Assembly (NCBI GenBank): GCA_030704615.1
Contig: CM060731.1
Location: forward strand, 54,870,001-54,934,000
Direction: 5' to 3'
Length of the DNA stretch: 64,000 bases
Source: Takakia lepidozioides
Lineage: Eukaryota; Plantae; Bryophyta
Part shown: positions 1 through 13,117 of the stretch, piece after piece
Numbering within the stretch: the stretch's first letter is position 1
Layout of the letters: each line of letters starts with the position of its first letter
Translations under genes and position numbers: made by a program
Notes under the pieces: generated by a model
Seen by the model: only the letters and a program-made list of their open reading frames with translations
Database searches by the model: none
What the model was told of the DNA's origin: nothing

Positions 1-2074
1 ATCGAAGAGGTCGTCGATCCTTGGCAAAGGGTACCGGTTTTTGATAGTCACCTTATTCAGAGCCTTGTAATCGACACACATCCGCAGCGTCCCATCCTTC
101 TTGTCTGCAAATAGCACCGGGGCTCCGTAAGGTGACTTACTCGGCCGGATGTACCCCTTTGACATTAGATCCTTGAGCTGAGTCTTCAGCTCGACCAACT
201 CTCTGTGGCTCAACCGGTAGGGCGCCTTGGCAGGCGGTTCCGATCCGGGTATCACCTCAATCTTGTGGTCAACTCCTCTTCGCGGTGGCAAGCCGCTTGG
301 TAAATCCTCCGGCATCACATCCTGGTATTTCTCCAAAATCCCCTTGATCCAATCTGGGCTCGGCTCCCCATCGCCTTCTCCCTTCGCTTCTCTAATGTAA
401 AGCAAGAACTGGGGTTCGTGTGCCTCCTCCATGGCCCACTCCTTTGCTGACAGAAGGTTTATTCGCCCTCCCACGGATTTGGGCGTTTCCGACACTCGTA
501 AAACCTCGCCACCATTCCCACATGGCAGCGTGACTACTCTCTTGTGGCCATCTATGACCGCTCCGGATTTGCTCAAAAAGGTCATCCCTAAAATGAGATC
601 TACTCCATCAATCTCGCAGATGGTGAAGTTCTCACGTCCCTCCCAACTCCCCAGTTGAAGAGGAACATCAATCGCCAACCTTGTCGCCAACTGTGGTTCT
701 CCTTTGGCAGAACGCACCTCAATAGAGGCCCCCACGTCACTTGTCGGGAGTCCCAGCTTTTGTGCCGTTGCCGGTGTCATGAAGGAGTGCGACGCTCCTG
801 TGTCCACCAACAACGACACATTAGTTCCGGATATTATCCCATCCACGAACAATAACTGACTCCCTTTTCGTAAGGCGCCAGTTTCCTGATACAACTCACA
901 AGAAAATTTGCCTACCTTGCAAGTCCTGGCGACCACCGCTTCCACTAAGCGACTGATGGTATCTTCCGACAGCTCCGTGGTCGCCCGAGTCATGTTCAAT
1001 TGCCGGGGCTTCGTGCACTTCTTGGCCATGTGCCCGGGCTCCCCGCAATTGAAACACACTCCATCAAAGGTTGCCTTCTGTCCGCCATAAGCCGCTCCAC
1101 CCGCTTTTCCTTTCGAAGCACCGGGTGCCGCCTTGACATGTGAAGGCCCTCCTTCGATTTCCACGTGCCATTATCGCCGCGTGGCCTATCCCATTTCTTT
1201 TCCGGTCGGAAGGAGTCACCTTCCCGCCGGGTCTTCTTGTGGTTCAGCTCCGTACGGCCTTGTCTCTCACCCCTAGGGACATCCGAGAAACATTCAGCCC
1301 TCTCAATTGCCTCGTTCAAAGTCTTGGGTGGCTTCTCCTCCAACTTCCGCCTAGCCCATGGAGCCAGTCCCGCCACAAAGTTGAAGACCATTTCTGGTTA
1401 TGCCATGTCCGCGACTTCGAGCAACAGCACATTGAAAGCCTGGACATACCCCGAATGTCATCTGTTTGCTTCAAATTCCTCATCTTGTCCCGGGCAAGCC
1501 AGGATGCGTTGAGGGGCACAAACTGTCTCTTCATCAATTCCTTGAACCCACTCCAGTTCAAGGTTTCCGGGCTTGGGCCTCGGTCGTGAAGGCGTTTCTG
1601 CCACCATTGTTGAGCATAGCCCCTCAAATAGGTGGGAGCCACTTCCACCCGATCCTCGTCACTCAACTTGGCCGCCCGGAAGTACTGCTCTAGCTCCAGG
1701 AGCCAGGTGTTGAGTGCCTTCCGGTTTCGAACGCCCTCGAAGGTGCCGGGTTCCTTAGGCTTCACCTTAAACTTTGCCTTAGTGGAAGTGGCATTAGCCG
1801 CCTTCAACACGTCTTTCAACGTCCCGCCAAACTGCGCCAACAACCCTTCCCAAAAGGCTGCCGGCATGGGAGGCATCTCTTGGTTTGTCGGAGCTCTCAA
1901 GGATTCCTCGGGCTCCGACTCCTCGGATTCCTCCCGCTCCTGAGCGGCCTCGTTTTCGGAAACATTCATCGCTTCCTCAAACGGCCGCCTCGGTGACACG
2001 TCGCCCCCATCGGGCTCACCAGGATCATCATCTTTTGGGCCGTTCCGCTTTCGCTTTGGCTTGCCCGACCCCAT
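1..2074 (-). pseudogene. gag-pol (gag, zinc knuckle, aspartic protease, RT N-terminus) with frameshifts
   Basis: ORF pieces 1316..2137 and 996..1391 lie in different frames; motifs as above. Confidence 0.88.
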
Positions 2075-2115
2075 GATGAGGCCAATCCCAAGGACGATCG
2101 CGTACTCAACTCTAA

Positions 2116-2127
2116 GCTCTGATACCA
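2116..2127 (-). promoter_or_regulatory. Primer binding site, tRNA-iMet type (TGGTATCAGAGC)
   Basis: gctctgatacca on + strand, 2 nt from the LTR edge at 2130. Confidence 0.93.
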
Positions 2128-2129
2128 AG

Positions 2130-2854
2130 TGTCGCACACCTCACTTCGGTAAACTCCCCTTCAAGTCATAGTTACTCGCTTTGATGCGCGCGCCTGACTC
2201 CCAACCTGGCCGCCGGGCCAACTTGGAGCTTCGGCTGCTCACCGGGACATAACGGTCCCCCTTCGCTTCCCTCTAAAACCCTCCACCTAATTGGAACTAG
2301 GAGAATTCCCTTTGGTAGATGGTAGTCCGGAACAGCTCCCCACTCTTTGGTCGCTTTCCGGCTCGCTCGCTTACTCACTAGTTTTTGGTCACCAACGGGC
2401 TTGCACCGTTCTCGGGGTTACTATTCCCTATATATACTTCTGTAGCTGTCCGCGGGGGTTTCACAACCAGCCATGCCATTTTATGGCGAACCACCACGAA
2501 GACCCTCGACTCCCGGTGGTGAGTCGCGGTGAGTCTTGGCCCTCTCACCACGACCCCATTGGGCCGTGATGAGTCCCAAGACTCCCCACAACTCCCACCA
2601 CGAGGTCTCCACCCTATGGTGAGTCCTATGCCACCCCCACTAAGACCCGCTAAGCTACCACCACCCCTTGTGGAGCCACCCCCACCGCAACCCGGTGTGC
2701 GGGGCTCCACCTAGTGAGCGCCTCCGCCTCCTTGAGTGCCTTGGGCACTCAAGGGTGCTTCAGCCCCCGTACCTATCGCTGCTACTGCCCCCACCACAGG
2801 GGCAGCCCCTCTTGTGTCCCGACCTCCCTGCCCTCAATGCAAAGGGCCGCGACA
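2130..2854 (-). repeat. 5' LTR (725 bp) of the chromovirus-like element
   Basis: Inverted termini TGTCGC/GCGACA; closely similar to the solo LTR at 36547-37272. Confidence 0.95.
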
Positions 2855-5800
2855 CATACAATGTTGTCCTACCATGTCTGGAAGTTTATATTTTACAACT
2901 TGGTGTAACCGCTGAACAGCAAAATTGGTGTAGACACTGAGCTCCTTGTCTGTCCAGGTGAGTGGGGTACCAATTACTTGTGCAGCGTGCAAGTATTTCC
3001 ATGCTACATGTCCCTTATAGAAAATATCATCAATGCCGAATTTCTGTGTTGACAAATTGTTCCAGGCCGCTTGAAACCATGAACGAATTTGAGAATCCTT
3101 TTGCATCATAACTTTTGCGTCATATAGGTACATATGAGGTGGCACCGAAGGTAATACCCAATGATCCCCACTGGAATAACTCAGAAAGCGCGCTTGCATC
3201 TTTTGTTGCTCAATGTGATAACGTACCAGAAAACAAGCAGCGTAGTATAACCCGCATCCCATGACAATACGTGCTACCTCCTTGGTCTTGGTATAAATGA
3301 ATCCATGTACAACCTGGAAAGCAATTAATTCCCTCAACATGGTACCTGCCTCGTGCCAATACTGTGCAAAGTGATGCTCCTCAATTGGTCGATTGTTCGG
3401 AAGAACTTTAGTCCTAGTTGCCACTGGCAGCCAAATGCGCATGATTTGGTAGTAATGTGCGAATGACTGCGGAGGACTAAATTCTTTCCAAGCCAAATCC
3501 AACATGATGGGAATTTGGTTGAAGGGCATAATCATAGCCCTACTGTACTCCCTTGCAGCTGGAGTTTTAGGTGGGTTAAGAGCAGCATTGCCCCATACCT
3601 CAGGCTGTGGTGGCTGCGGTGTGGCTGTAGTAACAACAGGTTCAGCTACTGGTACAATGACTTGTTGTTGTGTTGGTGGTACTGGCTCTTGTATCATTGG
3701 CATCTCCTGCACCTCCTGTGAAGACTGAAAAGCCAAAGTTCTGGCTTGTTAATAAGAAGCCATTAGCTGTTCCTGAGGGATATAGACTCTTTTATCGATG
3801 TTTGAAGTGAGGTCCTCCACTTGAGTCTGCAGTCCGTCTACATCCTCCTGTAACTCTGCTATCCTACTATAGACATTGTCTATAGTAGTTGTGGCAATGT
3901 TCTGCACTTGCAGTCTGAGCTCATTCATCTCGCTTTGGGTGAGCTTCCGTGGTGCTTTGCCCTCCACTGGCCCTTGTGCTAACCAGACCTGCATAAGGCT
4001 GTTATCCACCAAGTTGCTTGTGGTTCCCCTGAGAGTTTGCTCCTCTCTTAGTTTGTACACTTCTAACTGCTGTTGTAAAGCCTCCATGCGCTTCGCATGA
4101 GGTTCAACCAAATTTGCATAGGCAGCAAGTAGATTATTGGCTTCCTTCCAAGCCTTGGTATTGACCGTGATTTCCTTTCTATTGGCCATGATCGTTTGTT
4201 GCAACTCCAGGATGTGCTTCTCTTGATCAGCTTCAATCTGCCTATATTGCTTGAAAGTATCCTCATTGCGACAGATTGTATTCTTCATGTCGACAATGAG
4301 TTTCATTTGCTCAACATTCTCTGCTTCTGCCTTCATATTTTTTTCTGCTTGACTGTTTATTTCTTTTGTAGTTTGGTCAAGCATAGTTGTGAGTGTAGCA
4401 TATTGTATGGCCATCCTATCATGCACTGTCTGCAACTCCGTATGTAGTGCATTCACTTCTTGCAACTTGCTTTCATGCTGCACCTGCATTTGGTATAGCT
4501 GTTGCTTATGTGCTTCGTGCAACTGGTCTTGCGCGAGGCCTGCCTCAATCAATTGTTCCTTGGCCAATTGCAAAGCCGCTTCTGTATGTTCCAAGTCCTG
4601 CTGCATCTTGAGAGTGACCTCCTCATCGACCTTGTTTGCACACTCAGTGGCTAGTCGAGCCTCAAACTCCTTCCTGAGTTCTTCTCTCAAGGCTGTCAAT
4701 TGGGTAGTTGGAACATGGAATTTGACATAAGTCCCCAACAAATTAAGTGTCATGCCTATGGAACTCATCAGCATTGCCTGTTGAGGGTCATCATGGTGAG
4801 GTTACTGCTGTTCCTCTTGATCCTCAACAGTGTGATGTCTCACGAACCACTCAGGCAATTGTCCCACCGGATTTTCTTCCTGAACCACTTCATTTATCAC
4901 CGGTGCTACAGTGTCATGACCTTCTGCCTGTGGTACCTCCGACACAGGTGTGTGTATTATATGCACCTCAGGATTTCCCTTGGGCAACTGTTGCACCTCT
5001 GGAATCTCTGTCTCCTTGACCAGACCAGAATATTCATAGAGAAGGTCCCCCTTCTCAATTTCTGCCACTATCTGTTCTGTAGTTGGAATATCTAACCCTT
5101 CTCTTTCCAAATCAATTATTTCTGGTTGAGCTGCATGGACAACTTGTAACCTTGTGACAAGCCGATCAGCTGGCTGTGATGGTTGTGATACTGAAGTAAC
5201 TTCCTCCTCCCTCTCTGAAGGTCCTGCTTCCAGTAATAGCAGTTCTCTGTGCTGCTGTGCCCCTTCCTGCACATGAGCTTGGGAAACATTATCATGTGGA
5301 ATCCGTGAAGCCAGTGGATCCGCCACTATAGTCTTTCCCTGTCTCTGCCTCTTAGTCTCGGGTTGCCCTGCTAGTCCACCCTCACTGTGTGAAGAGCCTT
5401 GCTCTTCCATTGCAGTGGTTTCTGGCTCAAACACTCCCATCTCCTTTCTTTCTTGCGCATCAAGTATGCCAGAATCAAGAATTATTTGAGCAATGATTGG
5501 GCCAGACACTATGATAGGAGACTTTGCGGTAGTACCTTGTAATCTTTTCATCTCCTCCACCAGTGCGTTGTACATTATGTCCGCCCATTCTACCTCTTGT
5601 CCTTTCAGGGCTTTGAGTATTTCCTCCGTGAAGGATCTGCTCAAATACTGTTGGTTCTGTTTCATGGCAATCAGAACGTTCAATACCTGGCCTACCTCCT
5701 TTAGCCTTGGGTACACAGCCTTGGTACAAGCATAACCCTGAGTTTAAAGAAACTCCCTTCTTGGAATAAGTCCCCTATTTGCAGTCTTGCCCTGTGTTCC

Positions 5801-6120
5801 TCCACATGCACCTGACTTGCTGGCAATCGAAACAATTGCTGGAGGTATAAGGGAGTAATTACTAATTCAACTCCCTTCACCGTTGTTGTTCCTGTCCTTG
5901 GCTCAAAGTTCTACAAAAATTGTAACATGTACTGTCTATGGTGTAATGTCCAATCTATGCTTTGCAATCCTTGCAATCTCAGCTCCTTCAATATCTGTAT
6001 CGCCTGTGGGTAGCAATCGTTTGTTTCTGCAGAATTGTGGTGCTCTTCACCCTGATTTCCTCCATTCCTCTCACTCTCTTCATTTTAGACTCACAGAAAT
6101 GTTTTGGCTGTAACAACTGC
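2855..6120 (-). pseudogene. Extra sense-strand ORF downstream of integrase (Athila/Tat-type extra-ORF-like N-terminus, acidic linker, long coiled coil, unknown C-terminal domain), broken by frameshifts/stops
   Basis: ORFs 4802..5716, 3749..4774 and 2834..3736. Segments VKGVELVITP and ALKGQEVEWADIMYNALVEEM resemble plant retroelement extra-ORF domains. The region is conserved in the second copy at 24691-26102. Confidence 0.7.
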
Positions 6121-6774
6121 AGAAATGCCTGTAGTGCACAAAGCATAAACGTATGGTTGCCACAAAAAGCTATGGGTAATTTCTTGTAAGCCTGTGGAGC
6201 TTGCAAGCATCGTTCAAGAGAAAAGCTCCGCTCTGTTCTTTCGTTTCTATGCCACTGCGTAAGTAATATTGCGAGCGTATAGTCTGTTAGTTCCTCCATA
6301 GTTTCCAAGCTATAGCATTGATGGTCTGTCCCGTCGAGACGCCCGTTACTCAGAACGACGCCGCCTCTTGCGCTTAATTTCCCTCCAATTTCTTGATCCT
6401 TTCTCTGGCTTTCTATTGGCTGTAACCTCTGTGACTGGATTTTAGATTTCATTTCCTTTAGTGGACTTTCCCTGCTGGATAATCCACTAGGATCACACAT
6501 GTGACAAGAATTTCGCTTTTCTGTACTTGCCGTTCGTTCCGTTCCCCTTTTTCCGTATTCATTAATGGGCCCGCCTTTCATCCATTTTGACGGCCGTTCA
6601 TGTCCTCTTTCTTTATGACACCTGTTCTTGCACTTCCTTTCTAGCTGTGTGTCGCGCCCTGACTTCCACGTGTCTATTTTTAAACTGGTTTTCGTCTTTT
6701 CTTCCGTCAGCCATTTTCCTGAAGTTATTGTGCGTCCACCTGTCACTAAATCTATGGATCGTGTAACCCTAGTA

Positions 6775-7015
6775 GGCTGTGTTGAGCTGTGACAGGCTGT
6801 GTCATACTGTGGTACGCTGTGATAGGCTGTGATGCACTGTGGTAAGCTGTGATAGGCTGTGACACGCGGTGGTAGGTTGTGATAGGCTGTGTTGTGCGTG
6901 CTGGTGTGTGATAGGCTTGTGTCACGTTGTGATGGGCTGTGATAGGCTGTGTCACGTTGTGATGGGCTGTGATAGGCTGTGTTGCGCCGTGCTGGGCTGT
7001 GATAGGCTGTGTTTC
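6775..7015. repeat. ~8 x 30-bp tandem repeat (tgtgataggctgtgtcacgttgtgatgggc-like) after the integrase core
   Basis: Reads as 10-aa repeats NTAYHSPARR/DTAYHSPSQR in ORF 5988..7904. Confidence 0.9.
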
Positions 7016-7149
7016 GTCTTTTCCGCCCGCCCTGGTCATATATGCTTGGCCTAGCGACAAGTGCTCCATATTCCGTTGGTAACACTGGTGCAGCCCGTGA
7101 CTGCTCTTGCGTTTCAACATGCAAATCATGCTGCAATGGTTTGTCATGG

Positions 7150-8330
7150 ATACCACTGTATCTCTTTAACTTATTGACATTGACTCTTCCCAGCATTTCT
7201 TTGTTAATGGTTTGTAACATGGCGGTGTTGTTATCATACATCTTTTGTATGACATAAGGTCCTTTCCATGGTGATTTAAGCTTAGAAGCTTTAATCTTTC
7301 CTTTCTTCTGCAACCAAAGAACCAAATCCCCCGTCTTAAAAGTCTTTAACTTGCCTTCATCAAACTGTTCCTTTCTCTTCATCTGAATTCTGGTCATATT
7401 ATCAGCTACATCAGCACGTACTTCTTCCACATGGTATAATTCATGTTTCCTGACCTTAATGGAATCTTGCAATTCCATTCTCTTTCCCCACTCCGTTCTC
7501 ATGGTAGGTAACAGGAATTCCACTGGAAGTAAGACTTCCATACCATAAACTAATTGGAATGGTGTATACTTAGTGGTGACTTTATAGGAAGTCCTGTATG
7601 ACCACAAAGCTGTCAGCAGCTTTGTATCCCAATCCGTTCTGTTTGCATTGACTATCTTAGCCAAGATAGTACATAGTATTTTGTTGGTAGCCTCTGCCTG
7701 CCCATTACCCTGTGGGTAATATGTTGTACTCTTTCTATGCACAATCATGAACTCTTTAGTCAACAACTCAATGGTCTCATTCATGAAGTGACTTCCCTGA
7801 TCACTGATAAATTCTAAGGGACAGCCAAATCGTGTAAGTATGTTCTCATACAGGAACCTTGCTGTGGACTTGGCTGTGTTGTCCCTCAAAGCTTTAGCTT
7901 CCACCCACTTCGTAGTATAATCAGTGGCTGTTAATTATGTACCTGTTCCGTGTATTCTTGGCTGGTGGGTTAATTGGTCCAACAAAGTCTAGTCCCCATT
8001 TCTGAAATGGTTTTGTAGGCATTGTAGGATGCAAGGCCATCCTTCTAGATCTCTGCAAAGGTCCTAGCCTCTGACATTCATCACAACTCTGACAATATTC
8101 GTGTACATCTTTGAACAAAGTAGGCCACCAGTAACCTGCGAGTAGTATCTTCATACTGGTAGTCTCTTCTCCAAAATGACCTCCAGCCACTCCTTTATGA
8201 ACTTCCTCCAAAACTTTATTTACTTCATGGTGGTACAAGCATCGTTTTAGTACTCCATCAGGTCCTAGCTTATACATTCTGCTTCCTACCATAGTATAAG
8301 GTAAAGCTTTGAGAGCGATTCTTTCCTCTG
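7150..8330 (-). pseudogene. Integrase (H2C2 zinc finger, DDE core, GPY/F module), frameshifted near 7925
   Basis: VHKGVAGGHF...CQSCDECQR, WGLDFVGP, ISDQGSHF, PQGNGQAEATNK, WKGPYVI. Confidence 0.93.
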
Positions 8331-8414
8331 CTCCTTACCATAACTAGGTGGGCACTGACCATGAGCAAGGTAGCATCTGATTGGCCACTGCCAATCTAAC
8401 CAGTCATTTGCACT

Positions 8415-9900
8415 TCACTGCACCTCCACTGCAAATAGACTCGCATCTGGTAATTGATCATCTATTCCTGTGGCTGGTTCTCCTGTTGATAACCGTGACA
8501 AGTGATCCGCCACAAGATGCAATCTCCCAGGCTTGTAAACAACCTCAAACTCAAACTCGTGCAAGATTATCAACCATCTTGCTATTCTTCCGCTTATCAG
8601 AGGTTTGTTTACCAGGTATATCAGAGCCTGATGATCCACATAGAACATAAACTTCTTGCCCAGCAGGTAATGCCTGAATTTCTTCACTGCATAGATCATT
8701 GCCAATGCTTCTCTTTCCGTTGTGCTATAGTTCCTTTCAGCACTGTTCATCAACCTGCTAGCATAGTACACAGGTGAATCTATATTTCCTGTAACATTCT
8801 GGGCTAACACCGCTCCCAACGCTTCTCCTGATGCATCGCAGTGAACATGAAATACCACATGCCAGTGAGGGTTAATCAGCACAGGTGTAGTTGTTACTGA
8901 CAGTGTAAGTTCCTCAAATGCCTGTTGACATTCAGCCGTCCAGGCAAACACTGCATCTTTCTTCAATAGCTTGCTCAATGGTGCTGCTATTTGGGCATAC
9001 CTTTTGACAAATCTTCTGTAATAACTGGTTTGCCCAAGGAATCTCCTTAGACTCTTAACATTCACTGGTGGTGGAGAGGCTTTCATGGCCTCTGTCTTTC
9101 TGGGATCCACAAGGAGTCCCTTCTTACACACAATGTGTCCCAGAAGCACCCCTGAGTTCACACAGAAAGTACACTTCTCTGGATTCAGGCCCAGACCTCT
9201 CATCCTGCATCTGGCCAAACATAACTCCAATTTATGCAAGTGTTCATTCTTAGAGCTGTACACACTGAAATCATCCAAGAATACCTGCATGAAATCATCC
9301 AGATACTCTTGAAAAGATTCACTTATCACTCTCTGAAAGGTTGCTGGTGCATTACAAAGTCCAAAGGGCATGACTTTGTATGCATAAGCACCCCAGTCTG
9401 TGATGAAAGCTGTCTTTCCTTGATCTTCTTCTGCCACTTGCACTTGATTATAACCACTGAACCCATCCATGAATGAGTACATCTCATGGCCTGCCACAGT
9501 GTCTAATACTGCTTCTGTGAATGGCAAAGGGAATGGATCTTTCTTCGTACAAGCATTCAGCTTCTTGTAGTTCACACATACTCTTAGTTTGCCATTCTTC
9601 TTGGGAACTATAACAATGGGTGACAACCAAGTTGTATACTCTATTGGGTATATAAACTTAGCCTCAGCCAACTTCTTAATCTCTTCTCCAACCTTCTGTG
9701 CGTAGTTGGGATTCATTCTGTACCTCGCCTACTTGATTGGTACTGACCCTGGTTCCAGTTCAATCTTATGCTGACAGACTTCAGGTGGTATCCCTTTTAA
9801 ATCCTCATAACTCCAAGCAAATACATCTTGTATTGATTAACAAGCTTTTAGCTTCTTCAAAGAATTCCGGCTCCAAATCAGCTCCTACTTTCACCATCCT
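8415..9900 (-). pseudogene. Reverse transcriptase and RNase H
   Basis: ORF 8415..9716: FMDGFSGYNQV, MPFGLCNAPATFQR, VFLDDFSVY, HCDASGEALGAVL, NYSTTEREALA, VADHLSRL; frameshifts upstream. Confidence 0.95.
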
Positions 9901-10099
9901 CGGTTCCTCTTTAGTTCCACATTCACTTCCCTCACCTGCTCATCAGCTGTGATTGTCCAACCAGTCACCACTTCATCCTGTAAGCTCACAGTGGCTGGTT
10001 CCTCTAGGATTTCCATTTCTCCTTCTCTTTCCTCATAGAAATGTGATGGGTAAATGCTGGTTTTTTCTTCAGCTGGTGTTGCTGTCACTACACCACAGC

Positions 10100-11840
10100 A
10101 GATACTCTTAAACAACTTAGGCTTTCCAGCCGCATCTCTGCAACCTGCTCCCACTCTGGGTGTGCAGCAAATAGGGTAGCTTCCTGTCCTCATCCAGTCC
10201 TCCTTTCCAGTCATACTCTCTGACTCCTCGAGGTCTTCTTGTAGCAGGTAATCTACTAGATCTCTTTGTGGTAATTTGTATCTCGTGTATCACATTATGC
10301 ACGGTTAGTAACTGAGAATTCCAGTCATGGAATACCCTGGCCTGTTTCAGCCACGGACGTCCCAATAATAAGGATTAAGCCTCCATGACTTCATCCATCT
10401 TCAACACAGTTACTGTGATCATAAAGATCATCTTCTGTATCTGTATCTTAACTCCTGTTATCAATCCCAATGGCTGTACACTTCTTTGATCTGCCATTGT
10501 TACTGTAAATGGGCTGGTTTCATGTTACTTAGACAAGCTTCTTCCTTAATTGGTCTGTCATGATATTTACTCCAAAACCTCTATCTATCAGTACATCAGT
10601 TAGTTCTGTGCTTCCAATTCTCAATTGGATTACTGGCATAGAATCATCAAAGTCCATGACTGTTTCTGCCCTTCCGGCTTCACATTATAACTGGTCACCT
10701 TGCTGTCAGGTCTGTGTTTCCTGTCTCCTGGGCAATTCGATTGATTGCTTGATATAGCCTGTGCATACAATAAGGTGCCACAGCTAATAGCTGTCCAATG
10801 GTAATTTCTGCTTTGGTCTGGATATTACTTCAGCCAAAGTCTCTTCATTACTTGCATGTCTGCATCTTCTTTCTTCTTTCTTCTTCTCCATCAGAATCAG
10901 AGGAATCTGCTACAGGAATATCAGTACTCTTCTGCATTTCCCTTATAGTATCTGCCACTTCCTTGTGCAGTTCCTTCTCTCTTCCAAGTCTCCTCATCTT
11001 CAGGCATATCATTGCCACCTTCATTATCATCTTCTTCCTATCTACTGGAGGTATTAGTTTGGCTTTACTTCTTGTTACTATCATTGTACTTACTTCTGGT
11101 ACAACACATGGCCTAACCATGTGAGCTGCCACCACTGGGCCCTCATTCACAGGAGCTCTCATCTCATTCTGGGTCTTATCCAGAATGAACAGGTGCCCTG
11201 CGATGTCCTGGCTGATTACAATAGTAACATAGTTCTTCACCATTGGGTCCTCGCCCTGGTCTGTCTTGGATTATTTCTATAATCCTGATTCCCGGGAGGG
11301 TAATTCCCCCTGGATTACCCTGATAGTTGCCTCTGGATTTCCTTGGTAATTCCCTCTTGAATTACCTCTCCCTTCCATGCCATTGTTATAACCACCAGAC
11401 CTACCATAGTGGTCCTGATCATTGTTTCGTCTTGGCTGGGGCTGCACCATGATGCACCCCTTACTGCCTAGGTTCTCTTGCAGCTGTCCTTTGTTGTAGT
11501 AAACAATTCTCAGAGAAGAGGTTATCCATTTACAGATAGTACAGTGTTCTCCTTATGTGGCATTTGTGGTGGTATGGCCTCATTCTGGCACTTTGCACAC
11601 CAAACACCCTTTCGCCAATGTGTTGCAGCCTCTGTGGCATACTTCTCAGATTTCTTCCAATCTTTTCTCATAGTTATCCTCTTCAACTTCTCTTTCTCTT
11701 ACTCTTCCTTTTAGTTCTTGACTCTCTTCTTCTCAGACTCATCCTCAGAGTCCTCATCATCCCTTTTCTCTCTTCTGAGCATTCCCAATTGCTCAATTCT
11801 GTTTGCAGTTTCAAATGCCTCCTCCACTGTATTATGGGGC
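10100..11840 (-). pseudogene. gag C-terminus (degenerate zinc knuckles) and aspartic protease
   Basis: Degenerate CCHC-like knuckle near 11190-11235; protease-like VLIDRGFGVNIM (~10560-10600) and LGRPWLKQA (~10340-10370). Confidence 0.75.
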
Positions 11841-13117
11841 ATCCATCCTTGCATGAGGCGGGGATTGCAGCGGACAGTGATCGCGGATCCTCGCCATAGC
11901 AAAGTCTCATTTGGATCCTTCTGTTGTACAGTTCTGAAAATATTGACGATTTTTGAAATCGTTGTGTTCAGACTGCAAGTCTGATTCCCTACATTTCTTC
12001 CGCAAACCACAATGTAATAATAAAAGCAGAAGAGGCGCAAGTAAAGTAAAGAACCCTACAGTACATTATGCACACCAGCGAATCGCGAACTTGAAGCCTG
12101 AAAACCCTGCCGTTTCTAACATTCCTATTGGGGAATTTTGGCGCCGAAATAGCCCAATGTGCGCCTTCATAATATGGGCATTATAAAATTCCACGTAGGA
12201 ATTACTGCACCAAAATATCACGATGGAAGCCTTCAGCACAAGGCACTTCAGCACATTCCACTTGGGTATTTCGGCAACGAATAGCCCGCTCTGCGCCATA
12301 AAATACGCCAGTATATCACATTTTTTGGTGCCGAAATACCCCGGTGGAGTCTCAAAAACACACTTTAGCACACTGCTATTGGGAATTTCGGCGCCGAAAT
12401 ACCAAGGTCGGTGGTTTTATGGACGCCGGGTTTTAGCACAATTTCTTCCGTTAATGTCGTGGCACCTTCTCTGTCAAGCCCTTCTAGCCCCAGTCATTTT
12501 TTATCGCCTCTGTGGATAGCCGTTGCCGGCCAATGGGGGCACGTATTGCCGTTGCCCCAGAGAAGATCACGTGAGAGGGTGTTCCGCATTGGGTTTTCAA
12601 TGTTTTGCATCTTCGTGTGTGAAAAAACAACAGTGATTACTTGTCCCTCTCCATTCCCTCAATGCCGCCCTGTGTAAATGCCTTCTGCATTCGACGGAGC
12701 GGGATTCGAGGATCGCGATTGCGTGAGCCGGTGATGAGAGACATTATGGTGGAGTTGGACTTCAGTGAAGGTACACGCAGGCGGTGGACGAGTTTCCGAG
12801 CAACTTCTGTGGGATTCTCTTTTGGGTGAGGGCCTGCCAGTGGACAACAGTGGATACTGTGGTGCGAGATAGACCTGGAAGACAGAGTGTGTGGTTGCCT
12901 GATGTGTTTATTTCGAGCGTCTATAGCAATTTTCTGTCATATCAATGTGGGCTTGATGTTGAGTTGAATGGGGTTGCAAGTTGAACTGTCGTCTGAGCCT
13001 AAATATATTACCTTGTCAGCAAATGGCTTGTGAGGGCTACAATTTTGTGTCTCTTTCCTGTCATGCACAATGTTTTACAGTGGTGACGTGGAATAACGGT
13101 GCCGAAATACCTCATTC

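Larger units (their letters stand above)
1..2854 (-). mobile_element. Ty3/gypsy LTR retrotransposon, chromovirus-like; 5' LTR, PBS, gag, protease and start of RT (continues left of the window)
   Basis: Minus-strand translation shows gag (1316-2074), zinc knuckle [14 protein letters not shown] (~1015-1060), protease [11 protein letters not shown] (~782-815) and RT start ...[45 protein letters not shown] (1-330). Met-type PBS; LTR termini TGTCGC...GCGACA. Confidence 0.95.
2855..11840 (-). mobile_element. Internal region of a non-chromovirus Ty3/gypsy element (Phygy/Athila-like, no additional archaeal-type RNase H): gag end, PR, RT, RH, INT and extra 3' ORF; both ends disrupted
   Basis: Domain order PR-RT-RH-INT on minus strand. 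The gag segment 11040-11840 matches 15012-15855, and the extra ORF matches 24691-25781. Confidence 0.92.

Noticed and set aside
2855-11840. Tat/Ogre lineage assignment
   Set aside because: The related copy has an Arg-like PBS, but RNase H runs straight into integrase with no additional archaeal-type RNase H visible.
11860-12040. MTase-like fragment in the third MULE remnant
   Set aside because: Position would fit, but no methyltransferase motif is recognisable.
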